DNA of 64,000 nucleotides from an uncultured delta proteobacterium (GCA_963796055.1 CAWCKH010000004.1:1472001-1536000), one strand, 5' to 3'; counted from the stretch's first letter, positions 11,213 through 21,130 are shown. The notes: generated from the sequence alone by a model not told the origin. Program-made: numbers and translations.

Positions 11213-12640
11213 TCAGTACGCCTTCGACCAGATCCAGGCGCCGGGGCTCGGATTCCCGCACACCAAGCACGTCCCTGGCTCCGCCTTCAGATCGAAGGGG
11301 CGGTTCCGGGAGCTGACGCCGCCCGTCTCCTCCTTGATCCGCGCCTCGCAGGCCGGGCCGAGGCACCACTGGGCGACGAGGAACCCGTCGTCAGCGCGCT
11401 TCTTCATCTCCTCCATCGAGCCGACGACGAAGGTGTTCGCGTCCCGGAAGGCCCGGGCCCGGTCGAACAGCGCCTTCTGCATCGCCTCCAGCTTGGCCTG
11501 CGCCACCGGCACTGCCTGCTCGAGCGGGACGACCTCCTTGCTCCGGTCGTCCCGGCGCACCAGCACGCACGCGCCCTTGGCCAGGTCCTTGGGCCCCAGC
11601 TCCATCCGCAGGCACACCCCGGCCAGCTCGTACTCGAAGTACTTGAAGCCCGGGCCCTTGCTCTCGTCGTCGTCCACGATGACCGACAGCCCGGCCTTGC
11701 GCAGATCCGCGGCCACTGCCTGCGCCCTGGCGGTCACCGGGCCGCGCTCCTCGCCCTTGCCGATGACCACGATCACCACCTGCGTCGGGGCCAGCTTGGG
11801 CGGGATGACCAGGCCCGCGTCGTCGGAGTGGGTCATCACCAGCGCGCCGACCAGCCGCGTGGACACGCCCCACGAGGTCTGCCAGACGAGGTGCTGCTGC
11901 CCGTCGCGCCCCTGGAACTGGGTGCCGAAGGCCCGGGCGAAGTTCTGCCCCAGGTTGTGGCTGGTGCCGGCCTGGAGCGCCTTCTTGTCCTGCATCATCG
12001 CCTCGATGCTGTAGGTCCGCATCGCGCCGGCGAACTTCTCGGCCTCCGACTTCTGCCCGGAGATCACCGGCATCGCCATCCACTCCTCGGCGAACGTCCG
12101 GTAGACCTCGAGCATCCGCCGGGTCTCCTCCTCCGCCTCCGCTTCCGTCTCGTGGCAGGTGTGGCCCTCCTGCCAGAGGAACTCGGTGGTGCGGAGGAAG
12201 AGCCGGGTGCGCATCTCCCAGCGCATCACGTTGCACCACTGGTTCAGCAGCATCGGCAGATCCCGGTAGCTCTGGATCCACCGGGCGAACATCGAGTTGA
12301 TGATGGTCTCCGAGGTCGGCCGGATGACGTAGGGCTCCTCGAGCTTCTTGCCCCCCGCGTGGGTGACCACCGCCAGCTGCGGGGCGAAGCCCTCCACGTG
12401 CTCGGCCTCCTTGCGGAGGAAGCTCTCGGGGATAAGGAGCGGGAAGTAGGCGTTCTTGTGACCGGTGGCCTTGAACATCCCGTCGAGCGCCCGCTGGATG
12501 TTCTCCCAGAGCGCGTACCCGTTGGGGCGGATGACCATGCAGCCCTTGACGTCGGAGTAATCCGCCAGCTTCGACTTGAGGACCACGTCCACGTACCACT
12601 CGGAGAAGTTCTTCTCCCGAGGGGTCAGCTTCTCGGCCAT
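11213..12640 (-). CDS. proS: Proline--tRNA ligase (archaeal/eukaryotic-type)
   Basis: [41 protein letters not shown], terminal KAY. Confidence 0.97.
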   Translation of the reverse strand: MAEKLTPREKNFSEWYVDVVLKSKLADYSDVKGCMVIRPNGYALWENIQRALDGMFKATGHKNAYFPLLIPESFLRKEAEHVEGFAPQLAVVTHAGGKKLEEPYVIRPTSETIINSMFARWIQSYRDLPMLLNQWCNVMRWEMRTRLFLRTTEFLWQEGHTCHETEAEAEEETRRMLEVYRTFAEEWMAMPVISGQKSEAEKFAGAMRTYSIEAMMQDKKALQAGTSHNLGQNFARAFGTQFQGRDGQQHLVWQTSWGVSTRLVGALVMTHSDDAGLVIPPKLAPTQVVIVVIGKGEERGPVTARAQAVAADLRKAGLSVIVDDDESKGPGFKYFEYELAGVCLRMELGPKDLAKGACVLVRRDDRSKEVVPLEQAVPVAQAKLEAMQKALFDRARAFRDANTFVVGSMEEMKKRADDGFLVAQWCLGPACEARIKEETGGVSSRNRPFDLKAEPGTCLVCGNPSPGAWIWSKAY

Positions 12641-12703
12641 GACGTTCCGTTCACCCTTTCCGGCAAAGGGTGGTCACGTACCGGAGCGGAGGGGGCGGTG
12701 CAA

Positions 12704-13084
12704 CTACGGGGGCTTGGCCCTGGGGTTGGGGCTGGCCGGGCTGGTGATTCCCGGGATCTCCTGCACCGGCTCCAGGCTACGGACCTTGCCCTGGTTCGGG
12801 TCCACCGTCACCCGTACCGGCTCGGGGACCCCGGGGCCCAGGTCGAAGGTGAGCTGGAGCATCCCGCTGGGCAGGGTCTGGCTCTTGACCAGCGTGGGCT
12901 GAATCCCGGTGCTGGCGACCACGTAGTCGCTTCCGACTCTCAGCGCCCGGTCGAATCCCAGGTTGGAGATCGCGGCGGAAGAGGGCGCGGGACCGGCGGC
13001 GGGCGGCCGGTCGCCGTGTCCGGAGGCGGCGCATCCTGCGCACAGCAGAAGCACGCCGAGCCATCCGGACGGGTGAGCTTGCAC
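12704..13084 (-). CDS. Hypothetical lipoprotein (paralog of 13124-13468)
   Basis: Lipobox CAGC; shares GFD.A...GSDYV and LQLTFDLGPG..PVRVTVD with its neighbour; start codon uncertain. Confidence 0.7.
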   Translation of the reverse strand: MQAHPSGWLGVLLLCAGCAASGHGDRPPAAGPAPSSAAISNLGFDRALRVGSDYVVASTGIQPTLVKSQTLPSGMLQLTFDLGPGVPEPVRVTVDPNQGKVRSLEPVQEIPGITSPASPNPRAKPP

Positions 13085-13123
13085 CCCCGAAGCCTGTGGC
13101 CCGCGTCGGCGGCCCGTCAAGGC

Positions 13124-13468
13124 TCAACGCGCAGGCTGGACGACGCCCGGTGCCAGGGTCTCCATCCCGGTCACCTGGCCGTTCACCCGGTCCACCGTCA
13201 CCCGGACCGGAAACTTCCCCGGCCCGAGGTCGAAGGTGAGCTGGAGAATCCCCGCGGACAGCTCCTGGCTGGAGACCAGCGTCGCGTCGCCCACCCCGGC
13301 CGATTGGCGCACGTAGTCGCTGCCCATCCGGACCGCCTGGTCGAAGCCGAGCGTGGCGATCATCCCCGGCGACGGCGGGGGCTCGGGGGCGACGGGACGG
13401 TTCCCGTGCCCTGCGGGTGCGCACGCCGTCCACATCACCAGAAATCCCGTCGCCCAGGCGCGCGTCAT
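13124..13468 (-). CDS. Hypothetical lipoprotein (paralog of 12704-13084)
   Basis: MTRAWATGFLVMWTAC lipoprotein-like signal; same conserved core. Confidence 0.7.
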   Translation of the reverse strand: MTRAWATGFLVMWTACAPAGHGNRPVAPEPPPSPGMIATLGFDQAVRMGSDYVRQSAGVGDATLVSSQELSAGILQLTFDLGPGKFPVRVTVDRVNGQVTGMETLAPGVVQPAR

Positions 13469-13699
13469 GTCACCCGGCAGCGTGTGCGCGGGGTCCGGGG
13501 AGGTCAAGCGACCCGTCGCCCGGGTGGTACGTCCCGCGCGGACCAACGGCGTCCGGGGCTGACCGCGGACGCTGCCGCTGAAACGCGCGGTCCCCCCGGG
13601 AGCGTCGCCGTTCGTCCGGGCGTCGATCTCGCGTGGCACCACTGTGTCGCAGCGAGTGTGTCACTCGCCTACGCGATGGATTTGTTAACGTCGTCACGG

Positions 13700-15010
13700 A
13701 TGACGCGACCTCGCCTGCTCGTCGTCGACGACAACCTCGAGCTTCTTTCCCTCCTGACCCACCTCTTCGAGGACGCGGGCTACGACGTGGTGTCCGCCTC
13801 GAAGGCGAAGCAGGCGCTCGACGTCGCCCGGGGCAACGCGCCGGCGCTCGCGGTGCTGGACGTGCTCCTGCCGGACCTCATGGGCTACCACCTGGCGGAT
13901 CAGCTGCGGAAGGAGTTCCCCCAGCTCCCGGTCATCTTCGTGACCGGGGTCTTCAAGGGCGGCAAGCACGGCGCCGAGGCGAAGCAGAAGCACGGCGCGG
14001 TGGCCTGGTTCGAGAAGCCGTTCGAGGCCCGCAAGCTCCTCGAGGCGGTGGCCCAGCACGTCCCGGCAACTCCCAGCAGCTCCGGTGGGACGGAGGAGTT
14101 CGAGGTCGAGCTGGACATCGACATCGAGGAGGAAGAGCAGCCGGACACGATGGAGCTCACCGGCAAGATCAAGGTGACCGACGACGGCGAGGTGAGCGCC
14201 GAGCTCCGGGGCGCCGATCTCCGCGCCAAGCCGATGCAGCGCTACCCGGACACGCTGGTGCGGACCCGACCGGCCGGGACCGAGCCGCCGCCTTCGCCGA
14301 CCAAGGCCCTTCGCCGGGGCGCGCTCAGGGACAACCTGCCCTCGTTGATCACCGCCTTCTTCCAGACCCGCGAGACCGGGGAGCTGGGCGTGCAGCGGGG
14401 GCCGGTGAAGAAGGTCGTCTACTTCCAGGACGGGATGCCCGTCTTCGCGCTTTCGAATCTACTGTCGGATCGGCTGGGCCAGTTCCTGGTCCGTACCGGG
14501 AAGATCCGCCCCGAGCAGCTGGCGGACGTGGCGCTCATGGCGCAGCAGACCAAGCGGCGCACCGGCGACATCTTGGTGGAGCGCGGCCTCCTCCGGGACA
14601 CCGAGCGCGTCTACTACGTGGGGCAACAGGTCAAGTCGATCATCTACTCGCTCTTCGCCTGGGAGGACGGCACGTACGTGATGTCCTTCGGGGGCAAGGC
14701 GCTCGGCGAGACGCTGAAGCTCGACGTGAACCCGGCCAACCTCATCGTCCGGGGGGTGAAGAAGCTCTACAAGTCCGAGCGGGTGAAGCGCATCCTCGCC
14801 CTCGAGGACCGGCTGGTCCCGTCGCGGCAGCCGGTCTATCCCCAGTCCGACATCGAGCTCGAGCGCTGGGAGGCGGATCTGCTCGCGCACGCCGACGGAA
14901 CCCGCACCGTGGCCGAGCTGATCGCCTTCGCCCGCCGTCCCGAGCCGGTGGTGCAGCTCGCCCTGGCCTCGCTCCTCGCGGTGCAGGCGCTGGAGAAGCC
15001 GGCGGCGTAG
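13700..15010 (+). CDS. Response regulator receiver plus DUF4388/PATAN-like domain protein
   Basis: LVVDDN, VLDVLLPD, VTG, FEKP receiver; acidic linker; ETGELGV..KKVVYFQDG and LFAWEDGTY; C-terminal DGTRTVAEL. The start is far inside the 1494-aa track ORF. Confidence 0.85.
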   Translation: MTRPRLLVVDDNLELLSLLTHLFEDAGYDVVSASKAKQALDVARGNAPALAVLDVLLPDLMGYHLADQLRKEFPQLPVIFVTGVFKGGKHGAEAKQKHGAVAWFEKPFEARKLLEAVAQHVPATPSSSGGTEEFEVELDIDIEEEEQPDTMELTGKIKVTDDGEVSAELRGADLRAKPMQRYPDTLVRTRPAGTEPPPSPTKALRRGALRDNLPSLITAFFQTRETGELGVQRGPVKKVVYFQDGMPVFALSNLLSDRLGQFLVRTGKIRPEQLADVALMAQQTKRRTGDILVERGLLRDTERVYYVGQQVKSIIYSLFAWEDGTYVMSFGGKALGETLKLDVNPANLIVRGVKKLYKSERVKRILALEDRLVPSRQPVYPQSDIELERWEADLLAHADGTRTVAELIAFARRPEPVVQLALASLLAVQALEKPAA

Positions 15011-15030
15011 CTGACTGCGGCCGCCCTGAC

Positions 15031-15717
15031 TTACCCGAGCAGCTTCGGCACCAGCGGCCATCCCCAGAGCAATCCCATGGTCACGCTCAGGGTGCCCGCC
15101 GCGGCGCTGGTCCAGCCCCGGGCCCGCGGTGTCCGGAGGAGCCGCGCCAGCGGCCAGCCGGCAATCCCCGAGAGCAGCCCCATCCCCAGCACCGAGCCTC
15201 CGCCGAACACCAGGGTGTAGGCCAGCCGCTCGAGGTTGGTGTCGAAGCCGGCCAGCACCAGCGCGGTGAGCGCGCCGCTCCCGGCCAGGCCGTGGATGAC
15301 TCCTACCACCAGCGGGCGCACCGCGTAGGCGCGGCGCCCCAGGTGGACGTGGGCACTGTCCCCGGCGTGGACGTGCAGCCGCCCTCCGTGCTCGTGGCGC
15401 TGCGGGGTGCCGTGGGTCATCTCCGCCCGGGCTCGCACCAGGGCCCGGACCCCGAGGAAGAGGAGCATCGCCGAGACCAGCAGCTCGAACGCGGCGGTCA
15501 GCCGGTCCGACAGTGTCGTCCGGAGAAGCGCGAGCACCAGCCCCATCGCCAGCAACGCCAGCGTGTGCCCCAGCCCCCAGAACGCGCCCAGCCAGAGGCC
15601 CGAGCGAGGGTCGTCCTCCTCGGTGACCAGGGTGGAGACCGCCGCCAGGTGATCGGGCTCGAGGGCATGGCGCATGCCCAGAAGCAGACCGAGAAACCAG
15701 GCGGTGACGGTGGTCAG
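15031..15717 (-). CDS. Nickel/cobalt transporter (NiCoT/UreH-like)
   Basis: GMRHALEPDHLAAV, WGLGHT, His-rich loop, HGLAGSG; probable CTG start at 15717 after GGAGG. Confidence 0.85.
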   Translation of the reverse strand: MTTVTAWFLGLLLGMRHALEPDHLAAVSTLVTEEDDPRSGLWLGAFWGLGHTLALLAMGLVLALLRTTLSDRLTAAFELLVSAMLLFLGVRALVRARAEMTHGTPQRHEHGGRLHVHAGDSAHVHLGRRAYAVRPLVVGVIHGLAGSGALTALVLAGFDTNLERLAYTLVFGGGSVLGMGLLSGIAGWPLARLLRTPRARGWTSAAAGTLSVTMGLLWGWPLVPKLLG

Positions 15718-15970
15718 AGGTACCTCCGCGCGCTCCGCTCTACCACGCCTTCCGGCGGGAGACCCGGCGGCCCTGCTGGCGCTGGGCTGTCAACCCCCCT
15801 CGATGCCCACCGCCCGCGGTCCGGGAGGAGAGAGAGGCACCAGCTCCGGCCCGAGTGCCACCGAGCGTGCCGCCTCGGCGTCCACCGGGTCGGCGTCCTC
15901 GGGCGATCTGTCGGGCACCGGCGGTTCGGGCGACGCGGGGAAGGGCCACGCGGACGCCGGGATGCGGTAG

Positions 15971-17077
15971 TCAGCCCGGGGCGTCCCGCCGCGCGGTGGG
16001 ATCGCGGCCGGCCACCGTCCTCGCCGGGGTCCCGAGCGCGAGCTCCTCGACCATCCGGCGGTGCTCGGTGGACCCGAGCTCCGCCACCCGATCCTCGGGG
16101 GACCGGACGAACCGTTGCACCAGCACGTCGATGCGCGCGTGCGCGTCGCGGAGCCGCTCCTGCGGGATGAGCCCCTGCCTCGCGGCCGCCACCAGCGCCT
16201 CCAGCACCCGATGCTGCACGGCGGCGTGGTGACACACCAGCAGCACGTCCACCCCAGCGCGCACCGCCTCCACGGCCGCCGACGCCGGGTCGGCGATGGC
16301 CTTCATCTCCAGATCATCGCTGACCACCACGCCGTGGAAGCCGAGCCGTTCCCGGAGCAGCCCGGTCATTGCCCGGCGGCTGAGCGTGGCCGCGACGTCC
16401 TCGCCCAGCGCGGGGAAGCGCACGTGCGCGGTCATCACCGAGGCCAGCCCCGCACGGGCGTACGCCCCGAAGGGGACCAGCTCCACTGCCTCGAGTCGCT
16501 CGAGCCCGTGCTCCAGCACCGGCAAGGTCAGGTGGCTGTCCTGAAGGGTGTCCCCGTGCCCGGGAAAGTGCTTCCCGCACGAAGCCACGCCCCCTCGCTC
16601 CATCCCTTCCGCCAGTGCCACCCCGAGCCGTGCGACCTCCACGGGGGAGGCGCCGAAGCTCCGATCTCCGATGACTGGGTTGGCGGGGTTGCTGTCGACG
16701 TCGAGCACCGGCGCGAAGTCCCAGTCGAAGCCGGTGGCCCGCAGCTCGAAGGCCAGCAGCCGCCCCACCCGGCGGGCGGTCTCCGGATCGCCACCCTGGC
16801 CCAGGGCCCGCATGGGTGGGAGCGCGGTGTACGGCGCCCCGCGCAGGCGTGCCACCCGGCCGCCCTCCTGATCCACCGCCACCGGGAAGGGCCGCGCCGC
16901 CCGCGACTTGAGCCGGTGCGTCAAGAGCGCGGTCTCGGAGGCCGTGCCCACGTTGCGCCCGAAGAGGATGGCCCCGAGCACCCCGACGTCGATCAGCCCG
17001 CCGACGTCAGGGTCGACCTCCCGCCCCGGGAATCCCACCAGCAGCAGCCGCGCACACGCCTGACGTAGATCGCCCAC
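15971..17077 (-). CDS. nagZ: Beta-N-acetylhexosaminidase (GH3)
   Basis: VDQEGGRVARL, KHFPGHGDT..DSH, VMTAH, SDDLEM; GTG start inferred. Confidence 0.93.
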   Translation of the reverse strand: MGDLRQACARLLLVGFPGREVDPDVGGLIDVGVLGAILFGRNVGTASETALLTHRLKSRAARPFPVAVDQEGGRVARLRGAPYTALPPMRALGQGGDPETARRVGRLLAFELRATGFDWDFAPVLDVDSNPANPVIGDRSFGASPVEVARLGVALAEGMERGGVASCGKHFPGHGDTLQDSHLTLPVLEHGLERLEAVELVPFGAYARAGLASVMTAHVRFPALGEDVAATLSRRAMTGLLRERLGFHGVVVSDDLEMKAIADPASAAVEAVRAGVDVLLVCHHAAVQHRVLEALVAAARQGLIPQERLRDAHARIDVLVQRFVRSPEDRVAELGSTEHRRMVEELALGTPARTVAGRDPTARRDAPG

Positions 17078-17208
17078 CGGATCCGCCCAGTGTAGCAGGG
17101 GGGGGGCCTGGCGCTGGTGCTGCTGATGGGAGATAGCACCGGAGGGTGCCCGGGGGCGCACAAGCTGCTTGCACGGCGGCCCTCCGGCTGGAATCACGCG
17201 GGATCGCC

Positions 17209-17853
17209 ATGGCCGACACCGCCCACACGCTCGCCCCCACCGGCGCCTTCTACCGCGCCCGCATCGCCTCGCTGCTGGCGATCGCCCCGCTCGGCATCTG
17301 GACCGTGCTCCACCTCTGGGACAACCTGAGCGCCTTCGACGGCGCGCAACCCTGGGAGCAGGCGGTCACCGGGGCCCGCCACCCCTTGCACCAGGCGCTC
17401 CTGGTGGTGCTGGTCCTCCTCCCGCTGGTGCTGCACACCCTGTGGGGCATCGTCCGTCTGGTCTCCTTCCGCCCGAACAACGTCCGGTACTCCAACTACG
17501 ACAACCTCAAGTACCTGCTCCAGCGGCTGAGCGCCCTCGGGCTCCTGGGCTTCATCGGCGCGCACCTCTGGCTGGCCTGGGCACAGCCGCGGTTCGTGGA
17601 GGGCCGGCCCGAGCCCTTCGCCGAGATCTCCCACCAGATGGCGCATCACACGCCCACCCTGGTGGTCTACGTCCTCGGCATCCTTGCGGTGAGCTATCAC
17701 CTCGCCAACGGCATCCAGACCTTCGCCATGGGCCAGGGCCTGGTGGCGAGCGCCGGGGCGCTGAGGCGCCTGGAATGGGTGGTGTACCTCACGTTCTTCC
17801 TCCTGCTGGCGATGGGCTGGGGCGGCGTGTTCGCCCTCTGGCGCGCCGGCTGA
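17209..17853 (+). CDS. Succinate dehydrogenase cytochrome b558-like membrane protein (orphan; no sdhAB nearby)
   Basis: 5 TM with four His (VLHLW, VLHTLWG, GAHLW, SYHLANG) and YLLQRLSA, as in Bacillus-type SdhC. Confidence 0.75.
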   Translation: MADTAHTLAPTGAFYRARIASLLAIAPLGIWTVLHLWDNLSAFDGAQPWEQAVTGARHPLHQALLVVLVLLPLVLHTLWGIVRLVSFRPNNVRYSNYDNLKYLLQRLSALGLLGFIGAHLWLAWAQPRFVEGRPEPFAEISHQMAHHTPTLVVYVLGILAVSYHLANGIQTFAMGQGLVASAGALRRLEWVVYLTFFLLLAMGWGGVFALWRAG

Positions 17854-17897
17854 TCCGTGGCGGCGGGGAAGCCCGGGCTCGGTTACGGTGGCGCCAG

Positions 17898-18908
17898 GTG
17901 ACCGCGCCCCTCGCCATCGGATTCCTGATGGACCCGCTCGAGCAGGTGCTGGTCCACCACGACACCACGTTCGCCCTGATGCGGACGGCGCAGGAGCGGG
18001 GGCACCGGCTGCTCAGCTTCGGCCAGGAGGGCCTGTTCCATCAGGGCGGCCAGGTCCACGCCCGGGCGCGCGAGGTGGAGGTCTTCGACCGGCAGGGGCA
18101 CCACTTCCGGGTGATCGCCGAGCGCGAGATCCCCCTCGCGGCGCTGGACGTCCTGTGGCTGCGGAAGGATCCGCCGGTGGACCTGGCGTTCCTCCACGCG
18201 ACGCAGCTGGTGGAGGTCACCGGGGGCCACTCACCGGTGTCGGTGAACTCGCCCGCCGGCCTGCGCACCGCCAACGAGAAGCTGTGGGCGCTGCACTTCC
18301 CCGACCTCATCCCCGAGACGCTGGTCAGCCGCGACCTGGCGCAGCTCCGGGCCTTCGTGGAACGCACGGCGGAGGGTGTCATCGTCAAGCCGGTGGACGG
18401 GCACGGCGGCGAGGGCGTGGTGCTGCTCCGGCGGGGGGACCGGAATACCCCCTCGATCCTCGAGCTGCTCACCGGCCGCGGGCGCGACTGGGTGGTGGCG
18501 CAGGCATACGTGCCCGCCGCGCGGCAGGGCGACAAGCGGGTGCTGCTGCTCGACGGCGAGCCGCTCGGTGCCATCAACCGGATCCCGCTGGACAGCGAGA
18601 ACCGCGCCAACATGGCCGTGGGCGGTCAGCCCGTGAAGACCGAGCTCACCGCGCGCGACCGGGAGATCTGCGCCCGCCTCGCCCCGTTCCTCCGCCGGGA
18701 AGGGCTGATCTTCGTCGGCATCGACGTCATCGGCGACTACCTCATCGAGGTGAACGTCACCAGCCCCACCGGGCTCGCCGAGCTGGCTCGGCTGGAAGGT
18801 GGTGACCCGGCAGGCCGCATCCTCGCCCACGTCGAGCGCCTTGCGGCCGACCGGCGGGAGAGCCCGCCTGTCCAGGCGCCGACGTCCGGGGTTGGCAAGG
18901 GCCGCTGA
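17898..18908 (+). CDS. gshB: Glutathione synthetase
   Basis: FLMDPL, DTTFALM, RKDPP, NEKL, KPVDGHGG, GDKRVLL, EVNVTSPTG. Confidence 0.95.
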   Translation: MTAPLAIGFLMDPLEQVLVHHDTTFALMRTAQERGHRLLSFGQEGLFHQGGQVHARAREVEVFDRQGHHFRVIAEREIPLAALDVLWLRKDPPVDLAFLHATQLVEVTGGHSPVSVNSPAGLRTANEKLWALHFPDLIPETLVSRDLAQLRAFVERTAEGVIVKPVDGHGGEGVVLLRRGDRNTPSILELLTGRGRDWVVAQAYVPAARQGDKRVLLLDGEPLGAINRIPLDSENRANMAVGGQPVKTELTARDREICARLAPFLRREGLIFVGIDVIGDYLIEVNVTSPTGLAELARLEGGDPAGRILAHVERLAADRRESPPVQAPTSGVGKGR

Positions 18909-18927
18909 CGGGCACAGCCTCTGGCCG

Positions 18928-20256
18928 ATGCGTGTTCCCTGGCTGACCCTGCTCGTCGCGCTGGCCCTGGCGTGCGACGGCGGAACCGGAGGTGGAGGGC
19001 CCGACGCGGGGCCGGGCTCCGGTCAGGGGCCTCCCGGCGCGTCGACGACCGTGCCGGTGAGCGTCCCGGCCTCGATGCGGAGCGCTCCGTTCGACGTCCC
19101 GCGCGCGCTCACGGTTCCCGCTGGATTCTCCATCGCGGTGTATGCGCGGGTGCCGGGGGCCCGGTTCATGGCCGTGACCCCAGAGGGGAGCCTCCTGGTC
19201 TCGAACCCCGGGGCGGGCACGGTTTCGCTGGTCCGAGCCGGCACGGGGGGTGACGACCCGGTGGTCTCGGACTGGGTCACGGGCCTGCGGATGCCGCACG
19301 ACCTCGTCTTCCACCGGATCGGCGCCACGGTCTGGCTCTACGTCTCCGAGTCGAACGGAGTGCGGCGCTACGCCTGGAATGGCGCGACGACCGCTCCGGC
19401 CGGCGAGGTGGTGCTGACCGGTCTGCCGGACAGGAGCACCCCCGAGCTGCACGGGGCGTACGGCCACGAGCTGAAGAACATCGCGCTCGACAGCCAGGAC
19501 CGACTCTTCGTCTCCATCGCCTCGACCTGCAACGTGTGCGCGAGCGACGCGCAGGCGGACCCGGTGCGCGGGGCCATCCACCTCTACGACGCGACCGGCG
19601 GCAACCACCGGCTCTACGCCCGCGGGCTGCGCAACGCCGAGGGACTGGCCTTCTTCCCCGGGACCGACGACCTCTGGGTGAGCGTGAACGGCCGCGACAA
19701 CCTGCCGTACCCCATCGACGACTCCTCGGGGCAGTACGGGCAGATCATCCCCAGCTACGTGGACGACCACCCGCCGGACACGCTCATCCGCCTGCGCGAC
19801 GGGGGCGACTACGGCTGGCCGTTCTGCAATCCGGATCCCGACAGCGCGAGCGGGCTCTTCGACATGCCGCTCGACCGCGACTTCGACACCAACCGCGACG
19901 GAAGCGCCGCCGATTGCAGCGCGATGGACCGGGCGACCATGGGCATCCAGGCGCACTCGGCGGCGCTGGGCCTGGTGTTCCTGCAAGGCACGCCGTTCCC
20001 GACGCCGTGGAGCTCGGGGGCGGCCATCGCCCTCCACGGCTCCTGGAACCGGACGACGCCCACTGGGGACAAGGTGATCCTCGTCCCCTTCCTGAACGGG
20101 ACCCAGCAGCCCTCGCCGCCGGTCGACCTGGTCACCGGATGGACCGGCTCCGACGGAAAATACTGGGGGCGCCCGGTGGATGTCGCGGTGGACGCCAGCG
20201 GGGCGATGTTCATCTCCGACGACGCGAGCGGGACCGTCTACCGTCTGAGCCGCTGA
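18928..20256 (+). CDS. PQQ-dependent sugar/sorbosone dehydrogenase family lipoprotein
   Basis: Lipobox ALAC; GLRNAEGL, GGDYGWPFC, AHSAALG, HGSWNR, GRPVDV, ISDD. Confidence 0.88.
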   Translation: MRVPWLTLLVALALACDGGTGGGGPDAGPGSGQGPPGASTTVPVSVPASMRSAPFDVPRALTVPAGFSIAVYARVPGARFMAVTPEGSLLVSNPGAGTVSLVRAGTGGDDPVVSDWVTGLRMPHDLVFHRIGATVWLYVSESNGVRRYAWNGATTAPAGEVVLTGLPDRSTPELHGAYGHELKNIALDSQDRLFVSIASTCNVCASDAQADPVRGAIHLYDATGGNHRLYARGLRNAEGLAFFPGTDDLWVSVNGRDNLPYPIDDSSGQYGQIIPSYVDDHPPDTLIRLRDGGDYGWPFCNPDPDSASGLFDMPLDRDFDTNRDGSAADCSAMDRATMGIQAHSAALGLVFLQGTPFPTPWSSGAAIALHGSWNRTTPTGDKVILVPFLNGTQQPSPPVDLVTGWTGSDGKYWGRPVDVAVDASGAMFISDDASGTVYRLSR

Positions 20257-20308
20257 CCCCGGGCGTGGTGGAGGCCGGGACCCGCTGGGAGCGCGCGCCC
20301 CCGCTCGT

Positions 20309-21085
20309 TCAGGGGGCTGCTGTGTACGCCTCTCTCCCCTCGGACGGAAGGATGCTCCGGAGGTCCACGCGGAAGATGTGGCCGGCCGCGTCGCGGGCCG
20401 CGATCGCCGGAGCCCCCGCGTTCGCGGCCGCCCTGCGCAGCGCGCGCCAGCTGTCTGCCTCCCACTGCTGGGTCGTGACGCGGACCTCGTCGCGAAGCGG
20501 TGGGGTCGGCTGGGCGATCGAGGCGAGGTCGACAGGAGCGGTGCTTGCGTCGACGACCGGGAACCCGGGGTCCTCGACCGGGCCCCACACCCGGTAACGG
20601 ACCGCCCCGGTCGGCTCGACCCCGATGAGGGCGACGTCGTCGATTACCCCCGGGTAGGCGGCCGCGATCGGGAGGATGGGCGTGCTGCGACCGGAGCAGT
20701 CGTCGCAGGAGACGTCAGTCGCAGGGGTCAGGCCCGAGTCGAGGATGAGGACGGGCGTGTCCGTGATCTGGGAGGGATACCGTCCGGCGAGCGCCGGCCA
20801 GTCACCGAAGGCGAGACGCGCGGAGACGGAGCGCTCCAGCGCGGGGTCGAGCACGCCGAGCAGCTCGGGAGCAAGCGGGTACCCCTTCCGGACGGCGAAC
20901 TGACAGCTCCCGTCGACCCGGAGGAAGCTCTGGCCGAGCTCTCCGGCCACGCTGTACGGGACGAACCCCTCGGTCAGGAAGGCGTTGAGCTCGGTCGAAG
21001 ATCCGCCGTTGCAGATCCTCGCCGGGGAACCGCAGGCCGCGAGAAGCGACAGCATGCCGCAGACGAGAGTGAAGCGGGTCGACAT
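20309..21085 (-). CDS. Hypothetical lipoprotein
   Basis: Lipobox LLAAC; LRVDGSCQF; 258 aa; no recognisable family. Confidence 0.65.
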   Translation of the reverse strand: MSTRFTLVCGMLSLLAACGSPARICNGGSSTELNAFLTEGFVPYSVAGELGQSFLRVDGSCQFAVRKGYPLAPELLGVLDPALERSVSARLAFGDWPALAGRYPSQITDTPVLILDSGLTPATDVSCDDCSGRSTPILPIAAAYPGVIDDVALIGVEPTGAVRYRVWGPVEDPGFPVVDASTAPVDLASIAQPTPPLRDEVRVTTQQWEADSWRALRRAAANAGAPAIAARDAAGHIFRVDLRSILPSEGREAYTAAP

Positions 21086-21130
21086 CCGTGCGGAGTCTGC
21101 GCTCGCTGGACCTGGCCGCTCAACGGGTCC

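Noticed and set aside
11213..12640. Archaeal/eukaryotic-type ProRS as evidence of unusual transfer
   Set aside because: This type is widespread in many bacterial phyla
10526..13699. N-terminal ~1050 aa of the 1494-aa plus-strand ORF
   Set aside because: Antisense shadow of thpR, proS and two lipoprotein genes; only the part from 13700 has real domains
15728..15970. NiCo riboswitch or small Ser/Gly-rich ORF (15803-15970) upstream of the Ni/Co transporter
   Set aside because: No recognisable riboswitch consensus by eye; the ORF is low-complexity with no SD or motif. An Infernal search would settle it
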